In this document: positions 52,665-63,127 of the stretch, in pieces
Numbering within the stretch: position 1 is the stretch's first letter
Layout of the letters: each line of letters begins with the position of its first letter
Source: an uncultured Alphaproteobacteria bacterium
GTDB taxonomy: Bacteria; Pseudomonadota; Alphaproteobacteria; RF32; CAG-239
Assembly (NCBI GenBank): GCA_910577205.1
Contig: CAJTMA010000001.1
Location: 137,840-201,839, forward strand
Length of the DNA: 64,000 nt
Direction of reading: 5' to 3'
The notes under the pieces: generated by a model
What the model was told of the DNA's origin: nothing
What the model saw: only the letters and a program-made list of their open reading frames with translations
Database searches by the model: none
Position numbers and translations under genes: made by a program

Positions 52665-53437
52665 GCCAGCAATTCCTTCTCTCTTTTCAGAACTTCTCCG
52701 GTCAGGCTGATGTAGGCCTGTGATCCGGGACATTTAAAATCATATATCAATACAGGTTTGCCATGTGAGGGGGCTTCTGAAATACGAACATTCCGCGGAA
52801 TGACCGTTTGGTATACTTTTTTACCAAAGAAGCTGCGCACATCGTCTTCAACCATCTGTGTCAGGTTATTACGCTTGTCGTACATTGTCAGCACAACACC
52901 CTGTAATTCAAGTTTGGGATTAAATTTCTTTTTAATCTGGTTGATGTTGCGAATTAAATCGGTAATGCCTTCCAATGCCAGAAACTCACATTGCAAGGGA
53001 ACAATGACAGCGTCCGCAGCAACCAGGGCGTTAATAGTCACCAAGCTTAATGACGGCGGACAATCAATTAAGATATAGTCATAATTAACGGCATCACGAT
53101 ACAAGGCTTTTTTCAACGCAAATTCGCGATTGGCAATTTCAACCAATTCAACTTCTGCTCCCGCCAAATCAGGGGAAGAGGGAATCAAAGAAAAGTTAGG
53201 GATGTCTGTCCAGACAACAGCTTCAGAAATTCTTTTGTCACCCAAAAGCACTTCGTAAGAAGAAGCCATCCGCCCGCTTTTGTTAACGCCCATTGAGGTG
53301 GTGGCATTTCCCTGCGGGTCTAAATCGACAACCAAAACTTTTTTGCCGGTGGCAGCCATAGCTGTCGCAACATTTACCGTTGTCGTGGTTTTTCCGACTC
53401 CGCCTTTTCGGTTGGCAATGGCAATAATTCTTGGCAT
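52658..53437 (-). CDS. parA: Chromosome partitioning ATPase ParA.
   Basis: KGGVGKTT deviant Walker A. 259 aa. Confidence 0.95.
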   Translation of the reverse strand: MPRIIAIANRKGGVGKTTTTVNVATAMAATGKKVLVVDLDPQGNATTSMGVNKSGRMASSYEVLLGDKRISEAVVWTDIPNFSLIPSSPDLAGAEVELVEIANREFALKKALYRDAVNYDYILIDCPPSLSLVTINALVAADAVIVPLQCEFLALEGITDLIRNINQIKKKFNPKLELQGVVLTMYDKRNNLTQMVEDDVRSFFGKKVYQTVIPRNVRISEAPSHGKPVLIYDFKCPGSQAYISLTGEVLKREKELLAC

Positions 53438-54063
53438 TATTTAACTCCCTTAAGTTTGCTTAGATTATTGATTAACAAAATGACACCCTCATCGCTATAT
53501 TCGCTGGGCATGGCTTGACAGTCAAATTTCCAGTGCTTGCGTGCTTCGGCGATTTCTTCTGCATATTTTTTGCCTTTAGGAAATATACAAAGCGTTTTTT
53601 TACCGCAGAACGGAAATGCATAACCGAGCAGCCCATCCAAAGCAGTCATCGCTCTTGAGGTAATAACATCAGCTTTTTGACGAGGCAGATTTTCGATTCG
53701 CTCATTCAAAACCTCGACGTTTGCACCTGTCAATTCAGCGACGTGTTTTAAATACAGTGTTTTCTTCTTTATACTTTCTATAAGGTTCACTTTTAAATAC
53801 GGTGTTTTTTCTTTAGCCATTATAGCAAGAACCATTCCCGGAAAGCCAGCGCCAGAGCCAAAGTCATAAAGGGTTTGCGCGTCTTGGGGGATATATCTAA
53901 ACAGCTGCATCGAGTCTAAAAAATGCCGATTCCAGCTATCTTCCAATGACGCAGAGCTAACCAGATTAAACTTATTTTGCCACTCGCGCAGAGAGGCTTC
54001 ATAAGCTTTTAAATGCTCAATTGTTTCACGTGAAACACTATATTTTTCTGCAATATTTTTCAT
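53437..54063 (-). CDS. rsmG: 16S rRNA m7G527 methyltransferase RsmG (GidB).
   Basis: DFGSGAGFPG SAM motif. Sits between parA and mnmG as in canonical loci. Confidence 0.93.
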   Translation of the reverse strand: MKNIAEKYSVSRETIEHLKAYEASLREWQNKFNLVSSASLEDSWNRHFLDSMQLFRYIPQDAQTLYDFGSGAGFPGMVLAIMAKEKTPYLKVNLIESIKKKTLYLKHVAELTGANVEVLNERIENLPRQKADVITSRAMTALDGLLGYAFPFCGKKTLCIFPKGKKYAEEIAEARKHWKFDCQAMPSEYSDEGVILLINNLSKLKGVK

Positions 54064-54236
54064 ATGATTTTTATATAATTTTTATATTAAATTTAAAACC
54101 CTAAAAACAGAGTTATAAACACCTTATTATCAATTTTTAAAATTTATTTTAAATACAAACAATTAAACATCAATCTTGACTCAGAATATCAAGATTTTAT
54201 CAACATTTAAATACACTGTTTGGGTAGTATAAAGTT

Positions 54237-54854
54237 CTATTTGATGATTTGCAGAAATTGGTAGGTATCACACTGGCATTTGTTGTCGATGGTCGTCTTC
54301 AGATAAGTTACGATTTGTCGCAGAGAGTATTCTTGTTGCGCCGAGAGTTGATAACGCGAAGTAATGCCTTCAATGCGTTGCTCAGGTGTCACGCAACTTA
54401 GGCCTTCAAAAAACATATCGGCATATTGGATAATTAAATCATAGTCACTATAGATAAGCGGTTTTAACAAGCTGCGACATTCATCAAGCCAGTGGTCCGG
54501 ATAGGAATAATCTTCATTTGAAAAATCTTTGTTAACAAAAGTATGCGTCAGGCAGATTTGAGCAACGTCGGTATACCCCTGCGACAACATATCCCGGTAG
54601 CCAAGGATACCGTGAAAACAATCTTGCTGCCTTTCATCTTGGCGCTTACCATGATCATGCAGCAGACCCAAAACATAAGCTTTTTCCTCGTTCAATGACA
54701 TCTTTTGGGCGAGTAATTCACTTAATTTGGCAACACCTTGCGTATGGAAAATATACTCCTTGTCAATTTGCGGTGATTTGACGTGGTGGGCGCGGGAATA
54801 ATCTATTCCCTGCTGCCAGATTATTTCAGCGTCATATCGATTGGGATAAGACAT
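54237..54854 (-). CDS. HD-domain phosphohydrolase family protein, paralog 1 of 3.
   Basis: H...LGLLHDHGK...FHG...LTH...YAD pattern. C-terminal KCQCDTYQFL motif is shared by all three. Confidence 0.65.
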   Translation of the reverse strand: MSYPNRYDAEIIWQQGIDYSRAHHVKSPQIDKEYIFHTQGVAKLSELLAQKMSLNEEKAYVLGLLHDHGKRQDERQQDCFHGILGYRDMLSQGYTDVAQICLTHTFVNKDFSNEDYSYPDHWLDECRSLLKPLIYSDYDLIIQYADMFFEGLSCVTPEQRIEGITSRYQLSAQQEYSLRQIVTYLKTTIDNKCQCDTYQFLQIIK

Positions 54855-55474
54855 TAATGAATTCCTAAAAGGGTATAGATATCACAGCCGCATTTTTCAT
54901 CAAAATATTGCTTAAGCTTTTCAGCGGCGTTCATATGTGCTTGTAAAAAATCTTCCTGAAAAGGGTATCTTTGAGCCAATGACTGGCAACGATAACTTAA
55001 TGTGCAGCTTTTTCCCCGGTCATTCAACATATCCGCTAACTGGAGCAATTTGTCATAATTATCATAATCAAGCTGAGAGATTATTTGTTTGCAGCGCAAA
55101 AGGTCTTGATGTGCCTGAGGATATAAATCCGGATTAAAATCTTTATTCAAGAAGCAGTGGGTGAGGGATATCCGGGCAATTTCATTCCAACCTTGAGACT
55201 TCATCAACTCATAGCCTGTCCAGCCATGGAAGACATTTTCGCTTTTTTCGTCTTTGATACGCCCGCAATCATGAAGCAAACCTGAAAGATATGCGCGTTC
55301 AGGGTTTAAATACGCTGTTTTTGCAGCTATTGTCGAGGCAATTTCAGCAACAGTTCGGCTATGAGCACGAAACTCTTTTTCCCATTGCGGCAAAAAAGGG
55401 CAGGGACTGTTATTACGGCTGGTTATTACATATTCAAGAAAAGCTTCGGCTTCTTGTCTGGTTGGCAATGGCAT
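54854..55474 (-). CDS. HD-domain phosphohydrolase family protein, paralog 2 of 3.
   Basis: LSGLLHDCGR...FHG...LTH...LAD...KCGCDIYTLL. Start taken at MPLPTRQ (GGGAG RBS), immediately after the stop of paralog 3. Confidence 0.6.
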   Translation of the reverse strand: MPLPTRQEAEAFLEYVITSRNNSPCPFLPQWEKEFRAHSRTVAEIASTIAAKTAYLNPERAYLSGLLHDCGRIKDEKSENVFHGWTGYELMKSQGWNEIARISLTHCFLNKDFNPDLYPQAHQDLLRCKQIISQLDYDNYDKLLQLADMLNDRGKSCTLSYRCQSLAQRYPFQEDFLQAHMNAAEKLKQYFDEKCGCDIYTLLGIH

Positions 55475-55475
55475 T

Positions 55476-56099
55476 TCAGGCAACTCCCAAAAGCTTGTAG
55501 ATATCGCAACCGCATTTGTCATCAAAATACTTTTTTAACAGCAAAGCTTCGCGGTATTTTTTCTTTACCAAAGCGACAGGCAGTCGGTAAGTATTTTGAA
55601 TAAACTTCATACGCTCTTTAATATTATATGTTACGCCGACAGACAAGCGGTCACAAAGTTGAATCAGGCGATCATAGTCGTCAAATGGCAGCTTGTTTAG
55701 TAACTGTTTGCAATGGCGCATTTCCCAAGGATTATAGGAAGCATATTCTCTTAAATTTAATTCCTGCTGATAAAAAGTGTGGGTCAGGTTAATTCTGGCA
55801 AGTTCATCATAGCCTAAATTTTTGAGGAATTTATATCCCTCCAAGCCGTGAAATTTATCGGAAACTTCATCGTTATACACTAATTTTCCGAAGTCATGAA
55901 ACAAGCCCATCAAATAAGCTTTCTGCCCATCAATTTCCGGCAGCCGTGATGCAATAATTTCAGCGCAGACAGCAACCATTGCCGAATGAATCCTTTGCCC
56001 TTTTGCCCGGCCATATTTGAAACGGGATGATTCCTCGCAGCGCTTATCTAACGTTTCTTCATAAAGCTTTAGAGCTTCTTTCATGCTTGGCATTGTCAT
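55476..56099 (-). CDS. HD-domain phosphohydrolase family protein, paralog 3 of 3.
   Basis: LMGLFHDFGK...FHG...LTH...LCD...KCGCDIYKLL. Confidence 0.65.
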   Translation of the reverse strand: MTMPSMKEALKLYEETLDKRCEESSRFKYGRAKGQRIHSAMVAVCAEIIASRLPEIDGQKAYLMGLFHDFGKLVYNDEVSDKFHGLEGYKFLKNLGYDELARINLTHTFYQQELNLREYASYNPWEMRHCKQLLNKLPFDDYDRLIQLCDRLSVGVTYNIKERMKFIQNTYRLPVALVKKKYREALLLKKYFDDKCGCDIYKLLGVA

Positions 56100-56102
56100 G
56101 GG

Positions 56103-57956
56103 TCACCTCTTAACAAATCCCAAAATAGCAGTTATTGCCGCCGGCGTTACCCCGGGTATGCGGGAAGCTTCACCAACGGTCGACGGGCGGACTTTAGACA
56201 GTTTTTGCACCATCTCACGCGATAAGCCGCCAATTTGGCTGTAATCAATGTCTTCCCTAATTTTTAAGTTTTCATCTTTATGGAACACGTCAATATCTGC
56301 TTGCTGGCGCTTCAGATAGCCGGCATATTTTGCTTCAATTTCGATTGCTTCGTAAACATCGTCCGGCATAGAAGATAATTCTGGCCAAAGCTGATTGATT
56401 GTTTCACGTGAAACAGTGTCATAAGACATGAGGTTAAAAGCAGTGCGTTTAGTGCCGTCATGTTTGGTTTTGATACCGGCTTCATCAAGACGGTTTTGTT
56501 TGGCAAACAACTCTTCACAAAGGCTGCGGTAATGTTTAATCTTGTCATATTTTTCTTTAAATACAGTGTATCTATCATTCCCGACACAACCAATTTGCCA
56601 GCCTTTTTCCGTCAGGCGGGCATCGGCATTGTCTGCGCGGAGCAACAAACGATATTCCGAGCGGGAAGTAAACATCCGGTAAGGCTCATCCACGCCTTTG
56701 GTAATTAAATCGTCTATCATAACACCAATGTAGGCTTCGCTGCGGTCTATGGTGAATTCACGGCCTTTGCCTTCAGCAAACAAGGCCGCATTGACACCGG
56801 CAACCAAGCCTTGGGCGGCAGCTTCTTCATAACCTGTCGTACCGTTTATCTGCCCTGCCAGATATAATCCCGGAACTTTTTTAACTGCCAGTGTCCGATT
56901 CAGCTCCTGCGGGTCAACATAATCGTATTCGATAGCGTAGGCATAACGCAGGATTTCAACATCTTCTAATCCGGCAATGGTATGAATAAACTGCTCTTGT
57001 ACATCAGCGGGCAGGGAGGTCGAAATGCCGTTAGGGTAAACAACATCTGTTGTCAGACCTTCGGGTTCAAGAAAAATCTGGTGGCTGGTGCGATCAGCAA
57101 ACTTGACTAGCTTATCTTCAATACTGGGGCAGTAACGCGGCCCGACACCTTTAATCAGCCCGGAGAAAAGCGCACATTTGGAAAAATTATCGCGGATAAT
57201 CTGGTGCGTTTTTTCATTGGTGTGAGTTATATAACACTGAATTTGCGGATTAGTAATTTCTTTAGTTAAATAAGAAAAAGGCTGGGGCGGAAAATCTCCG
57301 TCTTGGGCATCAAGCTTATCCCAATGGATAGTTTTGCCGTTTAAGCGAGCAGGCGTTCCGGTTTTCAAACGCCCGACAGTCAAACCACGCTGTTTTAAAT
57401 ACGGTGTTATACCTGAACAACTGACATCATCTATACGACCGCCGACAGTTGTTTCATGTCCGACAAACATCACACCATTTAAGAAAGTACCGGAGGTCAG
57501 GATAACGGCTTTGGCTTGGATTTCTGTTCCGTCCGCAAGAATTACGCCGCTCGCCTTGTCGCCCTCAAAAAGCAATCCCTCGGCTGCCGCCTCAATAATA
57601 TCCAGGTTTGGCTGCGCCTGCAATGCTTCAAGCATAAATTTTTTATAAAGTTCTCTGTCTGCCTGAGCACGCGGTCCTCTGACAGCAGGGCCTTTAGATT
57701 GGTTTAGCATACGAAACTGTATACCGCCTTTGTCAATGACCCGTCCCATAAGACCGTCCAGAGCATCTATTTCGCGCACCAAATGCCCTTTGCCTAATCC
57801 GCCGATAGCGGGATTGCAAGACATAGCGCCTATGGTTTCAATTTTATGAGTAATTAACGCGGTTTTTGCACCGGTTCTGGCCGCCGCGGCACAGGCTTCA
57901 CATCCTGCATGGCCGCCGCCAATGACAACAACATCATAGTTTCTATTTTCAGTCAT
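56103..57956 (-). CDS. mnmG: tRNA uridine 5-carboxymethylaminomethyl modification enzyme MnmG (GidA).
   Basis: FAD-binding [12 protein letters not shown] and the conserved MnmG core. 617 aa. Confidence 0.96.
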   Translation of the reverse strand: MTENRNYDVVVIGGGHAGCEACAAAARTGAKTALITHKIETIGAMSCNPAIGGLGKGHLVREIDALDGLMGRVIDKGGIQFRMLNQSKGPAVRGPRAQADRELYKKFMLEALQAQPNLDIIEAAAEGLLFEGDKASGVILADGTEIQAKAVILTSGTFLNGVMFVGHETTVGGRIDDVSCSGITPYLKQRGLTVGRLKTGTPARLNGKTIHWDKLDAQDGDFPPQPFSYLTKEITNPQIQCYITHTNEKTHQIIRDNFSKCALFSGLIKGVGPRYCPSIEDKLVKFADRTSHQIFLEPEGLTTDVVYPNGISTSLPADVQEQFIHTIAGLEDVEILRYAYAIEYDYVDPQELNRTLAVKKVPGLYLAGQINGTTGYEEAAAQGLVAGVNAALFAEGKGREFTIDRSEAYIGVMIDDLITKGVDEPYRMFTSRSEYRLLLRADNADARLTEKGWQIGCVGNDRYTVFKEKYDKIKHYRSLCEELFAKQNRLDEAGIKTKHDGTKRTAFNLMSYDTVSRETINQLWPELSSMPDDVYEAIEIEAKYAGYLKRQQADIDVFHKDENLKIREDIDYSQIGGLSREMVQKLSKVRPSTVGEASRIPGVTPAAITAILGFVKR

Positions 57957-58055
57957 ATATTCAGCCTTACGTTCTGGCCTCTAACAGGCAGATTCCTACT
58001 TATGCATATCGTAGCATATAAAAGATTAGCAAGCCGTTAATAACAGCCTCTCATT

Positions 58056-58087
58056 TAAAAGCAAAACCTGCCTGATTTTCAGGCAGG
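58056..58087 (-). terminator. Rho-independent terminator after the hypothetical gene (acctgcctga ttt tcaggcaggt plus T-run on minus strand).
   Basis: Hairpin plus TTTTGCTTTT on the minus strand. Confidence 0.65.
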
Positions 58088-58095
58088 TTATAGGC

Positions 58096-58587
58096 TTAAA
58101 TGACACATTCCTTACGGAGGTTGCGGAGGTAATCATAAACTTCGGCACGCTGTAAAAGTGTCGGACAAATACTGAAAATAGACAAGACATATACCGCAGC
58201 GACATGAGCAGAATAAGATTTATCATCTTCCAGCAGCTTAATAGCCGTATGCATGAAGTTAGAAAGACTAGTCAGCAATTGGTTAACAAAAGCATCGTTT
58301 TCACTATTCAGATGAAGATAAAAAAGATTATTTTCATATTCATCAAACTTTTCAAAAAGATTTTTGAAGCAGTAAATCATGCCTGTCAGAGCCGGCCGAT
58401 AAGTTTCATTAACATCCGAAAAATCGCCGCTTGATGCTATGGCATAACCACAGAGGACAGAGATATTACGACCGATTAAACACTGCAAACTGTCATTGTT
58501 GGGATTAAAGTTTCTGTTCATAAAAATAAATTTTAAGTTAATAATAAATTTATAGTGTTTTTTTAGTCCATTTCTGCAAAAAGTCAA
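58096..58587 (-). CDS. Hypothetical protein, AT-rich, inserted between mnmE and mnmG.
   Basis: ORF of 163 aa (or ~141 aa from MNRNF). No motif I recognise. Own terminator. Confidence 0.5.
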   Translation of the reverse strand: MTFCRNGLKKHYKFIINLKFIFMNRNFNPNNDSLQCLIGRNISVLCGYAIASSGDFSDVNETYRPALTGMIYCFKNLFEKFDEYENNLFYLHLNSENDAFVNQLLTSLSNFMHTAIKLLEDDKSYSAHVAAVYVLSIFSICPTLLQRAEVYDYLRNLRKECVI

Positions 58588-58590
58588 GTT

Positions 58591-59934
58591 TTATTTGCCA
58601 ATACAGAACGACCCAAAGATTTTATCCAGGATATCGTCTACTTCAATCCGTCCGGTAATTTTGCCTAATCCGCGGGCTGCCAGACGAATATCTTCCGCTG
58701 CCAATTCTATCTCTTTATCCAGACTAAATTGCCGCAAAGTTTCCAGGGTTTCCTGTAGAGCTTCGCGATAACGGGCACGGGTAATCAACACATCAGAATT
58801 TGCGGTAAATTTGTTTTCTATCTGCTTGGTTATTTCGGCCAGAAGCATATCTAATCCCTGGCGTTGCTTTGCAGCAATAATCAGGCAGTTCCGGCACCTC
58901 AATTCATCAATCTGTTCAGCTGACAGCTTATCGGCTTTATTAGCGACAAGCAGCATTTTGTCAGATATTGTTTTTCGCAGATTATCAAAGAGGTGAACAG
59001 TGTCCTGTGATGCATCAAACAAACATATTACCAAATCTGCTTCTGCAATTTTATGGTAGGCTATTTCAATGCCGCGTTTTTCAATGGCATCTTCAACTTC
59101 ACGCAGCCCGGCCGTATCAGTAAACATGACCGGATAGCCTTTTAAATCGAGGTGAACGTCAACCGCGTCACGGGTTGTTCCGGCAATGTTAGACACGATT
59201 GCCGCTTCCCGGTTTACTACAGCGTTCAGCAAACTTGATTTGCCGGCATTCGGCGGTCCGACAATAACAACCCGAAACCCTTCGCGCAGGCGTTCGCCGA
59301 TTTTATCGCCGGATAAATGGGCTGAAATAGCCTCACAAAGTTTAAATACATTGTTTTCAAGTTTAAATACAGTGTCCTGAGGAATATTTTCATCCGGGAA
59401 ATCAATATAAGCTTCAAGATGAGCCATCACAGTCAATAATTCGTCACGCCAACTTTCATACAGATTTTTTAATCCGCCCTCCATTTGGCGCATGGCATAT
59501 TTCTGTTGCTCGGCTGTTTCGGCGTCAATTAAGTCAGCCAGCCCTTCTGCTTGGGTCAAATCCATTTTGCCGTTATAGAATGCGCGTTTGGAAAACTCAC
59601 CGGGTTCTGCCAGACGAAACCCAGGAATTTGCGCCAATGAAGAAATGACTCCGGAAATTACGGCTCTGGAACCGTGAATCTGAAATTCGACAATATCTTC
59701 CCCCGTAAAAGAAAAAGGTGCCTTAAAATAAAGCAAAAGGCATTTATCAAGCAACTGACGTTCCGGAACAGAATACAAGTTTGCAAAATAAGCATAACGG
59801 GGTTTTAAGCGGCCGATATCAATGTCTGTCATTCGGCAAATCGTTTCGCGCGCTTCAGCGCCGGAAACGCGAATAACCGCTACTCCGGATTTTCCCATTA
59901 CCGTCGATAAAGCATAAATGGTTTGATTATCCAT
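58591..59934 (-). CDS. mnmE: tRNA modification GTPase MnmE (TrmE).
   Basis: G-domain GPPNAGKSSLLN, DTAG, NKAD. C-terminal CIGK. 447 aa. Confidence 0.96.
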   Translation of the reverse strand: MDNQTIYALSTVMGKSGVAVIRVSGAEARETICRMTDIDIGRLKPRYAYFANLYSVPERQLLDKCLLLYFKAPFSFTGEDIVEFQIHGSRAVISGVISSLAQIPGFRLAEPGEFSKRAFYNGKMDLTQAEGLADLIDAETAEQQKYAMRQMEGGLKNLYESWRDELLTVMAHLEAYIDFPDENIPQDTVFKLENNVFKLCEAISAHLSGDKIGERLREGFRVVIVGPPNAGKSSLLNAVVNREAAIVSNIAGTTRDAVDVHLDLKGYPVMFTDTAGLREVEDAIEKRGIEIAYHKIAEADLVICLFDASQDTVHLFDNLRKTISDKMLLVANKADKLSAEQIDELRCRNCLIIAAKQRQGLDMLLAEITKQIENKFTANSDVLITRARYREALQETLETLRQFSLDKEIELAAEDIRLAARGLGKITGRIEVDDILDKIFGSFCIGK

Positions 59935-60057
59935 AATCTCTTCCTGTCAAAAATCTTAAAATTGTCGACAGTATAATTCAAATTGGTAAAAAATGCGATA
60001 AAAATTAGCCCATTAAAATTAAGGCCTATTTTGGACTTGCTGAGCGTATTTTAATTT

Positions 60058-60825
60058 TTGCTTAAGTGTTATCCTATAAACTATGCGAAATTCTATTGTA
60101 CGGGCTTCCTGCGGACTCATTTTTTTCTACTGAAAGTATATAAAGTGACAGAAAACTCTAAAAAATTAATTATCTGGGATTTTGACGGTGTTTTGGCTGA
60201 TACGGAAAAGCTTTGGCTGGAAAACCGCAGGCAAATGATTAACGAAACTTTCGGATTTAATTGGGATTTTGCTATGACAAACTGTCATTTAGGCGGAATG
60301 AGCGACAAAACCAAACGGTTAAATTTAGACAAGCTTGGCCTTGAAACAACTGATGCCTTTTGGGATGAATGCGCAAAGCGAGATATGGCCGTAATGGAAC
60401 TTGGATTTGAAGCAACGCCCGATGTTGAAGATATACTGAAATGCCAAGAACTTAAGCAATGCGTTGCAACCGGCGGTGTTTTATCAAAAAGTATTGAAAA
60501 ACTCAAAACAATCGGATTTTGGAATAAATATATCACAAAAAATAATCTTTTTACCGCAGATATGGTCGAACACGGAAAACCCGAACCTGATTTATTTTTG
60601 CTTGCAGCCCGGAAAATGGGGGCTGAGCCAGAAAATTGCGTTGTCATAGAGGATTCTCTCGCAGGCATGAAAGCCGGTCTTAAAGCGAATATGAATGTCA
60701 TCGCCTTTATTGGCTGCGAAATGAACAATTCACCAGAATATATAAATAAAATCAAAGAGTTAGGTGTTAAGAATATTTTTAGCAGAATGTCTGACATAAA
60801 AGATTTTTTAGCGGTGTGCAAATAA
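60058..60825 (+). CDS. HAD-IA family hydrolase (beta-phosphoglucomutase-like).
   Basis: IWDFDGVLADTE motif I and downstream HAD motifs. True start may be GTG near 60145. Confidence 0.7.
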   Translation: MLKCYPINYAKFYCTGFLRTHFFLLKVYKVTENSKKLIIWDFDGVLADTEKLWLENRRQMINETFGFNWDFAMTNCHLGGMSDKTKRLNLDKLGLETTDAFWDECAKRDMAVMELGFEATPDVEDILKCQELKQCVATGGVLSKSIEKLKTIGFWNKYITKNNLFTADMVEHGKPEPDLFLLAARKMGAEPENCVVIEDSLAGMKAGLKANMNVIAFIGCEMNNSPEYINKIKELGVKNIFSRMSDIKDFLAVCK

Positions 60826-60897
60826 TATTTGACAAAATATTTCGAAAAAGGCATACTCTTTTAAAATTTTATTATTATAAATTAAAAACTTTTTATT

Positions 60898-61317
60898 ATG
60901 AAAGCAGAAAATTTTCTTGGGGTTGTCGTTACTGTAGCTGCAACATTTGTTCTCATCTTTGGCCATTGTGAAACCATTATCTGGAAGTATGAACTCCTCT
61001 CTTGGGCGACTGGATTGTTGTTTATTCTCCTCTATAATTTGGAAATCTTCCGGCCAAAGAGCAAAAAGTTCAACTTTATTGTCAGTTATATCGGCCTGTC
61101 GATTGCGGTATATTTAGGGCAATATATGATGACAGAGCATTCGGCAATTATCGTGGCGGTTTTGTTTGGAACACCCATCATTCTCAGCCTTTTGACGGCA
61201 TATGTTCCCAAGATTGCACATCAGTTTGCTTACAGGACGCCTAATCACCCGGTTTTCCCATGCAAAACTTTTGTCTTATTCTCATGGGCAATTGTTCAGA
61301 TGGCAATTCTATTTTAA
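60898..61317 (+). CDS. Small integral membrane protein, hypothetical.
   Basis: Four predicted TM helices. 139 aa. Followed by a terminator. Confidence 0.5.
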   Translation: MKAENFLGVVVTVAATFVLIFGHCETIIWKYELLSWATGLLFILLYNLEIFRPKSKKFNFIVSYIGLSIAVYLGQYMMTEHSAIIVAVLFGTPIILSLLTAYVPKIAHQFAYRTPNHPVFPCKTFVLFSWAIVQMAILF

Positions 61318-61320
61318 TAA

Positions 61321-61350
61321 AAACCCCGGAAAATTCCGGGGTTTTTGTTT
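61321..61350. terminator. Bidirectional terminator (ccccgga aaatt ccggggtttttgttt) shared with the rho 3' end.
   Basis: Hairpin plus T-run. Confidence 0.75.
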
Positions 61351-62602
61351 AGCTGTTCATGGTATTAAAGAAATCATGATTGTCTTTGCTCATCCGCAAT
61401 TTATCAAGCAGGAATTCCATACCGTCGGTCATGCCCATCTGCATCAACACGCGGCGCAAAACCCACATTTTGGAAAGGGTCGCTTTGTCAACCAGCAGCT
61501 CTTCCTTACGCGTTCCTGAACGGGTAATATCAATGGTCGGGAATAAACGCTTGTCCGTCAGCTTACGGTCAAGGATAATTTCAGAGTTACCTGTTCCTTT
61601 GAATTCTTCAAAAATAACTTCATCCATGCGAGAACCGGTATCAATCAAAGCCGTCGCAATAATTGTCAGCGAGCCGCCTTCTTCAACATTACGAGCCGCA
61701 CCGAGAATACGTTTCGGGCGTTGCAAAGCATTGGCATCGACGCCACCGGTCAAGACTTTGCCTGAAGAAGGGATAACCGTATTATAAGCACGCCCCAGAC
61801 GGGTAATCGAATCCAAAAGAATGATAACGTCTTTTTTGTGCTCAACAAGGCGTTTGGCTTTTTCAATAACCATTTCGGCAACCTGAACGTGACGGGCAGC
61901 CGGTTCATCAAAGGTTGAAGAAATAACTTCGCCTTTAACCGAGCGGGTCATATCGGTTACTTCTTCCGGACGTTCGTCAATCAACAGCACCATAAGGTAA
62001 GCTTCCGGATGATTTTCGGCAATCGCATGAGCGATGTTTTGCAGCATAACCGTTTTACCGGTACGCGGCGGCGCCACAATCAGGCCGCGCTGGCCTTTGC
62101 CTTGCGGCGAAATCAAGTCAATAACGCGGCAGGTGTAGTCTTTATCTCCGCAGATAATGTCAAAATTAAGTTTTTCTGTCGGATATAATGGCGTCAGGTT
62201 GTCAAAGTTAACGCGCAGTTTTGATTTTTCAGGATCATCAAAGTTAATGGTGTTAATTTTGGTTAAAGCAAAATAGCGTTCGTTATCACGCGGACCGCGG
62301 ATTTCACCCTCGACAGTGTCGCCGGTGCGCAGGCCGAATTTTTTAACCTGGGACGGGGAAACATAAATGTCGTCCGGTCCGGCCAAGTAGTTTGATTCGG
62401 CAGAGCGAAGAAAGCCAAAGCCGTCCGGCATAACTTCAATCGTGCCTTCGCCGTTAATGACAATATCGTCATCTGCCAGTTTTTTGAGAATAGCAAACAT
62501 TAAATCCTGTTTGCGCATTGAAGAAGCATCTTCAATTCCTAAATCTTCCGCCTGGGTTAATAACTCGGTCGGAGACTTCTGCTTGAGTTCTTTTAAATTC
62601 AT
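61349..62602 (-). CDS. rho: Transcription termination factor Rho.
   Basis: Cold-shock-like RNA-binding domain, Walker [16 protein letters not shown], RecA-like core. 417 aa. Confidence 0.97.
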   Translation of the reverse strand: MNLKELKQKSPTELLTQAEDLGIEDASSMRKQDLMFAILKKLADDDIVINGEGTIEVMPDGFGFLRSAESNYLAGPDDIYVSPSQVKKFGLRTGDTVEGEIRGPRDNERYFALTKINTINFDDPEKSKLRVNFDNLTPLYPTEKLNFDIICGDKDYTCRVIDLISPQGKGQRGLIVAPPRTGKTVMLQNIAHAIAENHPEAYLMVLLIDERPEEVTDMTRSVKGEVISSTFDEPAARHVQVAEMVIEKAKRLVEHKKDVIILLDSITRLGRAYNTVIPSSGKVLTGGVDANALQRPKRILGAARNVEEGGSLTIIATALIDTGSRMDEVIFEEFKGTGNSEIILDRKLTDKRLFPTIDITRSGTRKEELLVDKATLSKMWVLRRVLMQMGMTDGMEFLLDKLRMSKDNHDFFNTMNS

Positions 62603-63115
62603 GTGAACCTGATCTGATTATAAAAAATGAAGTGAATGGTTGAAAGGGTAAAAAGATGAACTATATGTTCATGGCATAAGCTTTATATATGATTTAAATT
62701 ATAAAGTGTCAAACAAAGAATAGAGATTTTTTCATGGCAGTTTTATGCACATCTTCCCTGCCCATATAATATTTTTTTAAAAGTTAGTAGTAGATTGTAT
62801 ATGCCTGTGACTGATGTGGATAAGTTCTTTAACACAAAGTTATGCAGAGCAGGCGGGGATGTTTATAAGATTGTGGGGGAAAGTTAACCCTTTCTTAACG
62901 AATCGTTAAAAATTTATTAACACAAAATGTAAACCTAAAAATTGCCCGTTTGTGCGTAACTTTTTTATCCCCAGATTTGGGATAAAATATGAGCTTGTGC
63001 GTAAGTGGGTATATTAGATTTTACTTTATGGTGATTAATCTGTATAAACTTAGTAAACAGCGGAGTTATGCACAGAAAAGGGCACTTCTGTTGATAACTG
63101 CCTTAAGCCTTTGAT
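62603..63115. promoter_or_regulatory. AT-rich intergenic region with a perfect DnaA box, DnaA-like boxes and two tandem CtrA boxes. Candidate chromosomal replication origin and/or CtrA-regulated promoter region.
   Basis: TGTGGATAA at 62815-62823. TTATCCCCA at 62965-62973. TGTTGATAA at 63089-63097. TTAA-N7-TTAAC at 62884-62899 and 62906-62921. Confidence 0.45.
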
Positions 63116-63127
63116 TTGGAGTTTAAA

